Source of the DNA: Antedon mediterranea
Lineage: Eukaryota > Animalia > Echinodermata
Reading direction: 5' to 3'
Length of the DNA: 64,000 nucleotides
Assembly: GCF_964355755.1 (NCBI RefSeq)
Contig: NC_092673.1
Location: 18,411,648-18,475,647 of the forward strand
The notes under the pieces are model-generated. The model saw only the letters and a program-made list of their open reading frames with translations, was not told the DNA's origin and did no database searches. The translations under genes were made by a program, and so were the position numbers. Positions 12,901 to 27,900 of the stretch are shown piece after piece. Numbering within the stretch: position 1 is the stretch's first letter; each line of letters begins with the position of its first letter.

Positions 12901-15900
12901 TTTCATCCATACCAACAAACGTACAAACAGAAAAAAGAAAATTTGCAAACTCTAAGCTTAAATATATATGATATTTCTCCATCTACAATACATATGTTTG
13001 CAAACACAAGCAACAAGAATTTTACAACTATTCAACATACATTGCATGAAACCTTAGATAGATTTTTGCATATACTCATTAAGGGAAAGGACACTATGTT
13101 CAATAAACATCATACTGATGGCACTACTGATTCTAGAGACATTCAGTATATGGCGCAGAGCATTATTTTAGCATACATTAAGAGATCTAAATGTCTTAGA
13201 TGGTCACACCAAAGGGCAGCACAATAAAGATTAATACAATAAGATCTAAAGAGGCAACATAACATTATATTAGTAATTTGCGATTGAGTGAACCCCACCC
13301 TGTCTAACTCCATTAGATACTGTAAATGGAATATATATGTTGCACAGGAGAGGGGACATAACCCCACCCTGTCTAACTCCATTAGATACTGTAAATGGAA
13401 TATATATGTTGTACAGGAGAGGGGACATAACCCCACCCTGTCTAACTACATTGGATACTGTAAATGGAATATATATGTTGTACAGGAGAGGGGACATAAC
13501 CCCACCCTGTCTAACTCCATTAGATACTGTAAATGGAATATATATGTTGTACAGTAGAGGGGACATAACCCCACCCTGTCTAACTCCATTAGATACTGTA
13601 AATGGAATATATATGTTGTACAGGAGAGGGGACATAACCCCACCCTGTCTAACTCCATTAGATACTGTAAATGGAATATATATGTTGCACAGGAGAGGGG
13701 ACATAACCCCACCCTGTCTAACTCCATTAGATACTGTAAATGGAATATATATGTTGTACAGGAGAGGGGACATAACCCCACCCTGTCTAACTCCATTAGA
13801 TACTGTAAATGGAATATATATGTTGTACAGTAGAGAGGACATAACCCCACCCTGTCTAACTCCATTAGATACTGGTAAATGGAATATATATGTTGCACAG
13901 GAGAGGGGACATAACCCCACCCTGTCTAACTCCATTAGATACTGTAAATGGAATATATATGTTGCACAGGAGAGGGGACATAACCCCACCCTGTCTAACT
14001 CCATTAGATACTGTAAATGGAATATATATGTTGCACAGGAGAGGGGACATAACCCCACCCTGTCTAACTCCATTGGATACTGTAAATGGAATATATATGT
14101 TGCACAGGAGAGGGGACATAACCCCACCCTGTCTAACTCCATTAGATACTGTAAATGGAATATATATGTTGTACAGGAGAGGGGACATAACCCCACCCTG
14201 TCTAACTCCATTAGATACTGTAAATGGAATATATATGTTGTACAGTAGAGAGGACATAACCCCACCCTGTCTAACTCCATTAGATACTGTAAATGGAATA
14301 TATATGTTGTACAGGAGAGGGGACATAACCCCACCCTGTCTAACTACATTAGATACTGGTAAATGGAATATATATGTTGTACAGGAGAGGGGACATAACC
14401 CCACCCTGTCTAACTCCATTAGATACTGTAAATGGAATATATATGTTGTACAGGAGAGGGGACATAACCCCACCCTGTCTAACTCCATTAGATACTGGTA
14501 AATGGAATATATATGTTGTACAGGAGAGGGGACATAACCCCACCCTGTCTAACTCCATTAGATACTGTAAATGGAATATATATGTTGTACAGTAGAGAGG
14601 ACATAACCCCACCCTGTCTAACTCCATTAGATACTGTAAATGGAATATATATGTTGTACAGTAGAGGGGACATAACCCCACCCTGTCTAACTCCATTAGA
14701 TACTGTAAATGGAATATATATGTTGTACAGGAGAGGGGACATAACCCCACCCTGTCTAACTCCATTAGATACTGTAAATGGAATATATATGTTGTACAGT
14801 AGAGGGGACATAACCCCACCCTGTCTAACTCCATTAGATACTGGTAAATGGAATATATATGTTGTACAGTAGAGAGGACATAACCCCACCCTGTCTAACT
14901 CCATTAGATACTGTAAATGGAATATATATGTTGCACAGGAGAGGGGACATAACCCCACCCTGTCTAACTCCATTAGATACTGTAAATGGAATATATATGT
15001 TGTACAGTAGAGAGGACATAACCCCACCCTTTCTAACTCCATTAGATACTGGTAAATGGAATATATATGTTGTACAGGAGAGGGGACATAACCCCACCCT
15101 GTCTAACTCCATTAGATACTGTAAATGGAATATATATGTTGTACAGGAGAGGGGACATAACCCCACCCTGTCTAACTCCATTGGATACTGTAAATGGAAT
15201 ATATATGTTGTACAGGAGAGGGGACATAACCCCACCCTGTCTAACTCCATTAGATACTGTAAATGGAATATATATGTTGTACAGGAGAGGGGACATAACC
15301 CCACCCTGTCTAACTCCATTAGATACTGTAAATGGAATATATATGTTGTACAGTAGAGGGGACATAACCCCACCCAGTCTAACTCCATTAGATACTGTAA
15401 ATGGAATATATATGTTGTACAGGAGAGAGGACATAACCCCACCCTGTCTAACTCCATTAGATACTGTAAATGGAATATATATGTTGTACAGGAGAGGGGA
15501 CATAACCCCACCCTGTCTAACTCCATTAGATACTGTAAATGGAATATATATGTTGTACAGGAGAGGGGACATAACCCCACCCTGTCTAACTCCATTAGAT
15601 ACTGGTAAATGGAATATATATGTTGTACAGGAGAGGGGACATAACCCCACCCTGTCTAACTACATTGGATACTGTAAATGGAATATATATGTTGCACAGG
15701 AGAGGGGACATAACCCCACCCTGTCTAACTACATTGGATACTGTAAATGGAATATATATGTTGCACAGGAGAGGGGACATAACCCCACCCTGTCTAACTC
15801 CATTAGATACTGGTAAATGGAATATATATGTTGTACAGGAGAGGGGACATAACCCCACCCTGTCTAACTACATTGGATACTGTAAATGGAATATATATGT

Positions 15901-18900
15901 TGCACAGGAGAGGGGACATAACCCCACCCTGTCTAACTCCATTAGATACTGGTAAATGGAATATATATGTTGTACAGGAGAGGGGACATAACCCCACCCT
16001 GTCTAACTCCATTAGATACTGTAAATGGAATATATATGTTGTACAGGAGAGGGGACATAACCCCACCCTGTCTAACTCCATTAGATACTGTAAATGGAAT
16101 ATATATGTTGTACAGGAGAGGGGACATAACCCCACCCTGTCTAACTCCATTAGATACTGGTAAATGGAATATATATGTTGTACAGGAGAGGGGACATAAC
16201 CCCACCCTGTCTAACTACATTGGATACTGTAAATGGAATATATATGTTGCACAGGAGAGGGGACATAACCCCACCCTGTCTAACTCCATTAGATACTGGT
16301 AAATGGAATATATATGTTGTACAGGAGAGGGGACATAACCCCACCCTGTCTAACTCCATTAGATACTGTAAATGGAATATATATGTTGTACAGGAGAGGG
16401 GACATAACCCCACCCTGTCTAACTCCATTAGATACTGTAAATGGAATATATATGTTGTACAGGAGAGGGGACATAACCCCACCCTGTCTAACTCCATTAG
16501 ATACTGTAAATGGAATATATATGTTGTACAGTAGAGAGGACATAACCCCACCCTGTCTAACTCCATTAGATACTGTAAATGGAATATATATGTTGTACAG
16601 GAGAGGGGACATAACCCCACCCTGTCTAACTACATTAGATACTGGTAAATGGAATATATATGTTGTACAGGAGAGGGGACATAACCCCACCCTGTCTAAC
16701 TCCATTAGATACTGGTAAATGGAATATATATGTTGTACAGGAGAGGGGACATAACCCCACCCTGTCTAACTCCATTAGATACTGTAAATGGAATATATAT
16801 GTTGTACAGGAGAGGGGACATAACCCCACCCTGTCTAACTCCATTGGATACTGTAAATGGAATATATATGTTGCACAGGAGAGGGGACATAACCCCACCC
16901 TGTCTAACTCCATTGGATACTGTAAATGGAATATATATGTTGCACAGGAGAGGGGACATAACCCCACCCTGTCTAACTCCATTAGATACTGTAAATGGAA
17001 TATATATGTTGTACAGGAGAGGGGACATAACCCCACCCTGTCTAACTCCATTAGATACTGGTAAATGGAATATATATGTTGTACAGGAGAGGGGACATAA
17101 CCCCACCCTGTCTAACTACATTAGATACTGTAAATGGAATATATATGTTGTACAGTAGAGGGGACATAACCCCACCCTGTCTAACTCCATTAGATACTGT
17201 AAATGGAATATATATGTTGTACAGGAGAGGGGACATAACCCCACCCTGTCTAACTCCATTAGATACTGTAAATGGAATATATATGTTGTACAGGAGAGGG
17301 GACATAACCCCACCCTGTCTAACTCCATTAGATACTGGTAAATGGAATATATATGTTGTACAGGAGAGGGGACATAACCCCACCCTGTCTAACTCCATTA
17401 GATACTGTAAATGGAATATATATGTTGTACAGTAGAGAGGACATAACCCCACCCTGTCTAACTCCATTAGATACTGTAAATGGAATATATATGTTGTACA
17501 GTAGAGGGGACATAACCCCACCCTGTCTAACTCCATTAGATACTGTAAATGGAATATATATGTTGTACAGGAGAGGGGACATAACCCCACCCTGTCTAAC
17601 TCCATTAGATACTGTAAATGGAATATATATGTTGTACAGTAGAGAGGACATAACCCCACCCTTTCTAACTCCATTAGATACTGGTAAATGGAATATATAT
17701 GTTGTACAGGAGAGGGGACATAACCCCACCCTGTCTAACTCCATTAGATACTGTAAATGGAATATATATGTTGTACAGTAGAGAGGACATAACCCCACCC
17801 TGTCTAACTCCATTAGATACTGTAAATGGAATATATATGTTGTACAGGAGAGGGGACATAACCCCACCCTGTCTAACTCCATTAGATACTGTAAATGTAA
17901 TATATATGTTGTACAGGAGAGGGGACATAACCCCACCCTGTCTAACTCCATTGGATACTGTAAATGGAATATATATGTTGTACAGGAGAGGGGACATAAC
18001 CCCACCCTGTCTAACTCCATTAGATACTGTAAATGGAATATATATGTTGTACAGGAGAGGGGACATAACCCCACCCTGTCTAACTCCATTAGATACTGTA
18101 AATGGAATATATATGTTGTACAGGAGAGGGGACATAACCCCACCCTGTCTAACTCCATTAGATACTGTAAATGGAATATATATGTTGTACAGGAGAGGGG
18201 ACATAACCCCACCCTGTCTAACTCCATTAGATACTGTAAATGGAATATATATGTTGTACAGGAGAGGGGACATAACCCCACCCTGTCTAACTCCATTGGA
18301 TACTGTAAATGGAATATATATGTTGCACAGGAGAGGGGACATAACCCCACCCTGTCTAACTCCATTAGATACTGTAAATGGAATATATATGTTGTACAGG
18401 AGAGGGGACATAACCCCACCCTGTCTAACTCCATTGGATACTGTAAATGGAATATATATGTTGCACAGGAGAGGGGACATAACCCCACCCTGTCTAACTC
18501 CATTAGATACTGTAAATGGAATATATATGTTGTACAGGAGAGGGGACATAACCCCACCCTGTCTAACTCCATTAGATACTGTAAATGGAATATATATGTT
18601 GTACAGTAGAGGGGACATAACCCCACCCTGTCTAACTCCATTGGATACTGTAAATGGAATATATATGTTGTACAGTAGAGGGGACATAACCCCACCCTGT
18701 CTAACTCCATTAGATACTGTAAATGGAATATATATGTTGTACAGGAGAGGGGACATAACCCCACCCTGTCTAACTCCATTAGATACTGTAAATGGAATAT
18801 ATATGTTGTACAGGAGAGGGGACATAACCCCACCCTGTCTAACTCCATTAGATACTGTAAATGGAATATATATGTTGTACAGGAGAGGGGACATAACCCC

Positions 18901-21900
18901 ACCCTGTTTAACTCCATTAGATACTGTAAATGGAATATATATGTTGTACAGGAGAGGGGACATAACCCCACCCTGTCTAACTCCATTAGATACTGTAAAT
19001 GGAATATATATGTTGTACAGGAGAGGGGACATAACCCCACCCTGTCTAACTCCATTAGATACTGTAAATGGAATATATATGTTGTACAGGAGAGGGGACA
19101 TAACCCCACCCTGTCTAACTCCATTAGATACTGTAAATGGAATATATATGTTGTACAGGAGAGGGGACATAACCCCACCCTGTCTAACTCCATTAGATAC
19201 TGTAAATGGAATATATATGTTGTACAGGAGAGGGGACATAACCCCACCCTGTCTAACTCCATTAGATACTGTAAATGGAATATATATGTTGTACAGGAGA
19301 GGGGACATAACCCCACCCTGTCTAACTCCATTAGATACTGTAAATGGAATATATATGTTGTACAGGAGAGGGGACATAACCCCACCCTGTCTAACTCCAT
19401 TAGATACTGTAAATGGAATATATATGTTGTACAGGAGAGGGGACATAACCCCACCCTGTCTAACTCCATTAGATACTGTAAATGGAATATATATGTTGTA
19501 CAGGAGAGGGGACATAACCCCACCCTGTCTAACTCCATTAGATACTGTAAATGGAATATATATGTTGTACAGGAGAGGGGACATAACCCCACCCTGTCTA
19601 ACTCCATTAGATACTGTAAATGGAATATATATGTTGTACAGGAGAGGGGACATAACCCCACCCTGTCTAACTCCATTAGATACTGTAAATGGAATATATA
19701 TGTTGTACAGGAGAGGGGACATAACCCCACCCTGTCTAACTCCATTGGATACTGTAAATGGAATATATATGTTGTACAGTAGAGGGGACATAACCCCACC
19801 CTGTCTAACTCCATTAGATACTGTAAATGGAATATATATGTTGTACAGGAGAGGGGACATAACCCCACCCTGTCTAACTCCATTAGATACTGTAAATGGA
19901 ATATATATGTTGTACAGGAGAGGGGACATAACCCCACCCTGTCTAACTCCATTAGATACTGTAAATGGAATATATATGTTGTACAGGAGAGGGGACATAA
20001 CCCCACCCTGTCTAACTACATTAGATACTGTAAATGGAATATATATGTTGTACAGGAGAGGGGACATAACCCCACCCTGTCTAACTCCATTGGATAATGT
20101 GGATTGGAAACAGAGTTACCCCAATGTATCACAAAACTTTGTTTCTCATACCAACATTTGAGCAATTTAACAATACAAAGATTCATACCATTGTTAATGA
20201 GCTTACTATGAAGAGTCCACATTGATTGACTTGATCAAAAGCCTTACTGGCATCTAGAGAGCAGGCAAAAACTGGACTACCATTTCTATTGTAGTAGTCA
20301 ATGACATGTTTTAATACAAAGATACAAGTATCAGTCAAGTGTTTTGCTTTAAATGCAAATTGGTAGTCGCTGGATTCAAATGAGTTACCACAGTGACTGA
20401 TCAAAATAAATTTAAAAAACTTAGATAATACAGAAGCTAAAGCATAGGGGTATAATTGTTGTTATTAGTAATATCACCTGATTTACTCTTAACAATCGGC
20501 ACTAATAACTAGAATAACACATGACCATGACACAGCATATCATTAAAGCATATACTCAATAAGATATTAACCCTTTAAAGACATGGCCCGCATCCATACG
20601 GGGTAATTTACTGTCCCAGGACATGCAATCAGGCGCAGGATTGGTTAAGGCAAATAACAGAATAGGCAAATTGGTTGGTTTTTTCATTGGAAAGCAGCAA
20701 ATAAGCCTATCCTACAACACTGCTAAAAGCAGTCCCACTGTCCATTTGACCAATTCTGCGCTTTTTTAAAGACATGAGGCCCGTATATGTACGGGTTGAC
20801 TTTTTGGGGTCACTAAATTGCACTTTTTGAGCATTTGACCTTTGAACTAGGCAAAACAAAAATTTTTTGGAAGGCCAAAACATTTCACATAATAAATCCA
20901 ACAATTGCAGAAAGTTATATAGTCATAAAAATGGATTTTTTCATTTTTCCTAAACCTATTAAAAATACCTTATTTAGCCTCAGTCACTTGGGGTAGAAGA
21001 AACCTTGCGTCTTCAAATGGTTAAGTCCTTTACTAGCATATTTAATGTGTGCACAATAATAATTTATTATTATACTGTATGACACACTCATCAATGTAAA
21101 CAATTAACCATTACAGTGTGTTATATGCATAGATATGAATGCAGATGTAGAAAATGTGTAATGGAATAATAGGAATAAAGATTGTATGAAATTGTCTGTT
21201 AATCCTGGAAAGTTCAATTCAATTTCAATATTATAACATAAAAAACATAAAACTAGTTTGTTAATAAATATAATTGCATATAAATACAATGAAAAGTAGT
21301 TCAGTCATGAGGGTAGAGAGTAATGTAAGTCAGAAGATATAACATTAAATACAAAAAAGAAAAAGAAATACATGAACTAATAGTATATATTTAAAAAAAA
21401 CAAAGCCACAATTTCTATTTAAACCACTTTATCCGATCTTAACAGGTCTTATTATAATATATATATTTAATGTTCATCATATCTAGAAAGTAAAAGACTA
21501 AACATTAATTTAGAAACACAGTGTAAATATTTACAATAGAATGAGTATTGTATATTCTGTATAATATATTGTATATAATTATTAATAAGCTGGTGTAGTA
21601 TTGATACCACAGCAGAAACTGGCCACAATAAAAAATGAATGAAAATGAAATATAACTATTCTATAAATATAACCATTGAGAAATAATTTCTTCATGATAT
21701 AAATAAACACATGTGTATGATAAATCAGGTTGAAATAAAATAATTTGCATTGTGTAATGAAGACAATTGTGGCAATGGCTATTTATCAAATACCAATATC
21801 TTACATTAGATTTTTATTTTTCAGATCAAATTATGGAAGTAATTGTGGGATCTGCTGGTGAAACACTTCATCTTAAGGATGAAGACATCAAGTTGGAGAT

Positions 21901-24900
21901 ACATTCTGAAGCAATTGAAGGGGAAACAGTTAAAGTATCGCTAGAAAATTTTTCTGAGGAAACAGGCATGCCTGTACTTCATTCTCATGAATCAATAATA
22001 TCACCTATTGTTAAATGTGGACCAGAAGGCACCAGCTTCAAAAAGCCCATTTTATTGTCATTTCCACACGATGCTGTAAATGAAGAGAATTGGAAATTCA
22101 CTCTACTTGTTAAAGATCGCATTCAAGATGAATGGAAACAAATAGCATTGACAAATGATAGAAAGGACGTTCATTTTACTTTAAACAACGGTCGATGTTA
22201 TGTAACTTTAAAACATTTCTGTTTTTATACACTAATGGGTCATCTAAGGAATTTGTTTGGTAAGAAAAAAATGTTGTTAGGAGTTTTTGGAAAGATGCTT
22301 TCAAATGATGATTATCAACTTCTAACAAGATTTTGTAAGCCATCAGATAAAAAGGTAATTGCTATAATTTGTTTTTAAACTGTATTTGAATAATGTACTA
22401 ATAAATTGGATAATTTAATACCTCAATAAATTCCTGCTATTTGATTGGATGATTGTGGGTCACATGGTGTGCAATAGTACATAAATAATCAATGTTTATA
22501 AGTGTAATGGTAGAAACAATGAGATGATTGATGAAAGGTTATGATTCAAAGCCGAGTTGAACATAACATTTCATTATTCACCAAATGCCATTATTTGTAC
22601 AATTACACGAATCTAAAACATGCATCTATATATTAATGCTACTAAATTAGTTTCATAATTTTACGTATCTCCCTCGAAAGCGCTGAATGGTATATGCTCA
22701 TATTTGACTGATGTTTCTTGATGAGATGCACACGATAGGCTATAACTCTTTCCTCAACTTGAAGCAAAAAGTAACAGTAATTTGAGAGCCATGTTTCATG
22801 AGTTGTTACATCACGTATCAACTATGCAACCTCCTCTGTTGTGTAACGTAATGGTTGGATCTACAAATACTATGCAGAGCCACCAAATTACAGTGTTTAG
22901 TCTCGACAGCCGGCCAACCGTATCAACTGATTGCGTTTAATTAATCACACTTATTCGTGGAACATAATAAATTTTGTAAATCATGGCTACCTTGGTGATT
23001 AAAACACTTTGGTCAATGATATTTTTAGTATATTCAAGTTTGAATTCATGAAATGTGTAAATAATAATTATCACCGCTTAATGGCAAAAATCGAAACTAG
23101 ACAGGCCTAATCCAACCCCCACCAAAATTCATCAGTGGCAGGAATTCGTTCACCTAAGTACCATTTTGAGAGAGATAGTGCTCTTAATATTAAAAAAAAC
23201 CTTAAGTAACTGTTCTATTAAACCTGATATTGCTCATTTAAAAAAATAAATGAAACCTTTACTACTTCAAATCAAGAGATTGGTGATTTGTTTAATAAGC
23301 CTTTTCAATCAGTTTTAATCCAGGAAAAATGTAACAACATCTCAAAACCAAGATTGAAAATATTAAATTTCAGTGTTCAATATCTCCAATCCTGAGGGCC
23401 CATTACACACAAGGTCACTTATATATTTACGAATTGACAACATTTTTTTATGCAAGAGTGATAAAACTCTGGAACAAACTTCCCTCAAATGGTTTCATGC
23501 ACTACGTTCCATATTTTTAAGAACACCTCTGCAAAGAGTGAAGTTACTGTTACTTTTCAGTTGATTAACATTACTGTACTTACAGTTAAAATTATTTTAA
23601 AAATTAAGGTATTGATAAATCATGTAATTGAATTGATCTGTTAATAATTATAAAATATGCTGTGAAGAAGTGATGATTGCCATGTACACTTCCCTCAAAT
23701 AATTAAGAGACAAAAAAAACTACAAATATATCTGTATATTACTACTATAAGTATATACATATTTCAGATGATTGAAGAAGACCACATAAAAATTGGTGAG
23801 CAGCCTTTAATAGTACCTGAAAATATACTTGTCATGTATAAGGACATGAAAATCACTGTAGCATTATCAAATCAGGAATGGAAAGTTCAGAAGGATGAAG
23901 AAGTAAGAATATTTTTTTTATAATTTTATAATTTTATGAATAATCATAATATTTTTAGTACTGAAAGTTGCCATGGTAAAGAATATGCATTAAATTTGCA
24001 GTAATACGACATAACTTGATCATTAATAACCAAAAATCCATTGCTATCCAATTAAGCATACTGGTCCATGATACTAAGTTCTTGGAATACAAAATTGTGA
24101 TTAGTTCTTTGGAGGATACACACACATTTTTTTAGATTTCTTATTGAGAGAAAAAATGAAAGCATTACCAGTATAAAAAAAATATTTAAAAAAATATATA
24201 TAAATAAATAGTATAATATTTATTCACCACAGCAATCAATTTAACTACAATGCCTTATAATATAATATAATAGTAATAATAATTTAATATAATATAATTT
24301 ATCTTAGCATGACTTCATTGTTTCCCTAGAATGTCAAGGCGGAAAACCTATGGCGTACAGGACCATCCAAGAAATTTCTTTTAAGAAGAAGTAATTCTTC
24401 AGCAAAAGTCCTAAAGGCAACAGTATTACTTTCACAAGAGTCAAATGATATTGATCCAGTGGAAGTGAATTGTAAGTATATAAAATGCTAACAGTAAGTC
24501 TAAATTTAGAAAGATGATTGTAATAAATAAAATGTAGTATTCAAATACGGTAATCAGACATTAACCATCCATGACAATAACCACCCATTATTGACTGTAC
24601 CATAGTTAGAATATGGGTTGGAAACAATGTAACGCCCGTATTCTTAAACCGGACTTTAGTCGTAGTTCGAAGTTCGACTTGAAAAAGTCGTAGTTCGAGC
24701 TATTACTTCAAATTCGATTCAAAAACGAAGTAGTCGAAGTTTGCAGTTCGACTTAATGAAGTCGAGCTTTTAGTCGAGTTGCACACGTCTGGGTAACAAA
24801 GGCTATACATTGGCCAATGACAAGAGAGTATTTGAGGAGCAGAAGAAATTTTGCGCATTGATATTACTTTCCATTTCTTACAACACTTTTTACGCATCAG

Positions 24901-27900
24901 GACTATATATATGAAAAATAATTTTAATCGTTAATTATTAGAACAAGATCAGTATTAATTTAACAGTGAAGTATATTTGATTAACAACAAATAAAATCTT
25001 CAAAATATATTTAGGAACCACGGCGGTACGGTAACTTTTATATTAGGCCCCCAACAAAGTATGATCGCGACGAACCACGCACTTCATAGCGTGACAAGAA
25101 AGCGCTAGGCCCCCTAAACATTCCATCGCGTGGTGAATTGCCGCATCTCCCATTGTCGCTATGGCGTGACGTAGCTCAAGTCGGACTTGCGTGAAGAAAA
25201 TAATGTAATTTGTATACAGTTCTAAATAAAGATGATTTTCATTATTATAACTTATACCAATGTATATTTAATTAAGCTAATATAAATATAGATATTTCAT
25301 TCTTCAATATCTGGCCAATATAACAACTCAATGACTGTTACGTTTTTTATAAACATCGTTTAAAAACCATTTAGTCGACCATTTAGCCTGCCCCCTTCAG
25401 GACTAAAAAAATCGATCAAAATCCGTCTCGATTTAGTCGAGGTTAGCCTGAATTAGTCGGCGATTTAGTTGAAGTTCGGTTTATGAATTAAAATGACGTC
25501 ATTTTTTTAGTTTTAGCTCGAACTACGACTAAAGTCCAGTTTAAGAATACGGGCGTAAGTGTTGGCTTGTTTTTTATCTAGCACTACAATACACTTTGGT
25601 TACATTGCTATAAATCCTAAAACACCTTAATTCTTCCTATATCAAACGGAATATTCTTATTCCGAATATCGGTTGGGTAGTTTTTTTTTCTCATTCTCTC
25701 AGATTTCCTCATTGAAATTTTTTTTTTTTATTATTTAATTTCCAGGATAATATCACTGGTCGAGTTTTTCTATACATATATATAAATCTGGTTTCTTTTT
25801 TTATTGAAATAATAATTATATATTTTATTTGTTATAGGTAATGTTGAGACATCAAGACCAAATCTAGGTATGTTATAATTTTAATTATGGTAATGATGTA
25901 GATTAAGTCTGTTTTCACCTTGACTAAAAGAACAGCATGAGCCAATACGTCTGAGGCAGATAATAGATGCAGCGGCTGCCATAATGGTCAGCCTCTGTGT
26001 TGATTTCAAATGCCTGATGGAACCCCAGCTTCATATATACAGCACTGATATTCCTAGATGGTCTCCCATCCAAGCTCCAACCAGGTCCAACATTGCTTAC
26101 CTTAACTGATCAGACAAGAAAACCAGTGTTTCAACATGACAAGGTCATATTATATGTAGTGAACAAACATTACCAGACTACAATTTTAGAATTTAATTAA
26201 TTACAATATAGGTTAAATTCCGGCCAATGTGAAAAGTTTTATGGTAAGTTCCGGCAAAGTTGCAGGCATCTATAACTACTAACTGCTAGCACGCCTATGA
26301 GAAAAGGACTTTTAAACCACGATACTTTATAGCAAATATATTTACTGTAATTTTTAGCTAATTTGTTTCATCTCATGCCAGTACAGGTGTTTCTTCTGGT
26401 ATTGGTGTGTCTTCTGGTACAGGTGTGTCTTCTGGTGCAGGTGTGTCTTCAGGTGCAGGTGTGTCTTCAGGTGCAGGTGTGTTTTCTGGTGCAGGCACAT
26501 CTTCTGGTGCAGGTGTGTCTTCCGGTGTAGGTGTGTCTTCAGGTGCAGGTGTGTCTTCTGGTGCAGGTGTGTCTTCAGGTGCAGGTGTGTCTTCAGGTGC
26601 AGGTGTGTCTTCCAGTACAGGTGTGTTGTCTGGTGCAGGTGCATGGAACCGAGGTATTAGGCAAGGTAATAATACTCTTTAGTAGTACTTAGAAAATATA
26701 TATAATAAATTTAGGTTTTTTTAATACAGATACAATGCAAAGTTTTCACCGGAAATGCCGTCTTGAATATGTGACCTACTATTCCCTCCTATTCTACTCA
26801 CAGACTAGAATCGTCATGGTCAATAAAAAAAATAACATCGTTGTATTGTCACGATATTATTGCTCTTACTGACCATGACGTCATTTGATTGCACGTGTGA
26901 AAGTATTATTTTCATCAAAGGCAGCATATATGGTTATCCTATAGTTCTAGTATTAAAACTTTTTAGATTTTCTTTGTTTTATGTATGAAAAATGCATATT
27001 TATTCATGTGTAAATCAGGCCCGTAGCCAGAATGCATCAGAGGGGGGGTTTTCTTGACCCCAATTATATTGCGAGCGCAGCAAGCCACTGTAGGCTGGGG
27101 GCCGGCAAGGGGGCCAGGGGCCTTGGAAGCTTTGGCTCTCAGAGCAATTTCGGTTGTTTTAATCAGCTTACAGAGACATCGGACACTATATTCGATCGAT
27201 TTAAACATAGTCAATAGAAGTAAAATGACCAAAAAATCTGCTATAATTGATAATTAATTGCACGATTTTGGAAGTGGGGCCTTTGTTTTTCAACAGTGGT
27301 GGCGCCAGCCTTATACTTAGGCGGGGGGCCTAAAATGTACGTTTCACTGTAGGCTCGCCTACTGTAGCCTACATTATTAAACAAAAACATGCCATTTTCG
27401 TTTAGCCAACATCTTATTATAGCTAAGTTATTACATTTCCAATGTCCTGTATGTCATGAACTCCTCATTGTACATCGAAAGTCCAGATGGTATGCACGCA
27501 TGTTATATAAATAAACTTATTTCCCCGACGGAAAAGGGTCTACGCTTGCGGACGCATTCCCCTCCAAATAAAAGGCAAAAAGAGCCAGTTTTTTAGGCCT
27601 AGGCCTGATATTTTTTAAGTATTTAAGTGTATTTTGAAGACCTGCAGCTCCAGTTTTCAAACTTTTCTTAGCTCAGCCCCAATTATAGAGCTGGTCATTC
27701 TTATTTCGAAGTACAATACAGTCAGTGCATTGTCTGGGGACCTAGAACTCTTTTAAAAAATTTTTTTATAACTCCGTCCCAACCATGGTAGTGCTGGTTC
27801 TGGAGACTTACCGGTATATATTTTGTATAATAAGTCCAATTTCCGGAACCTAGCAACTCTAGCTCCAACCCAACCATGGTTGGCTGGTCCTGTAGACCTA

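Larger units (their letters stand above)
12870..21200 (-). mobile_element. Degenerate non-LTR retrotransposon (LINE) ORF2 remnant
   Basis: Minus-strand RT motifs VPIVKSKSGDITNNNNY, QFAFKAKHLTDTCIFVLK, SLDASKAFDQV and GVRQGGVMSPLLYNIYI, then the C-terminal LFRSYCINLYCAALW. Frameshifted, and the YADD region is missing. Confidence 0.85.

Noticed and set aside
13291-20094. CRISPR-like array
   Set aside because: Units are contiguous with no unique spacers, the context is eukaryotic and there are no cas genes.
13143-20161. Very long ORFs (up to 892 aa) on both strands
   Set aside because: They result from a 69-bp (23-codon) tandem repeat that lacks stops in several frames; not genes.
26354-26644. 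His-rich minus-strand ORF (KTHLHL)n
   Set aside because: Antisense of the (GVSSGA)n exon, which has splice sites in phase with gene A.
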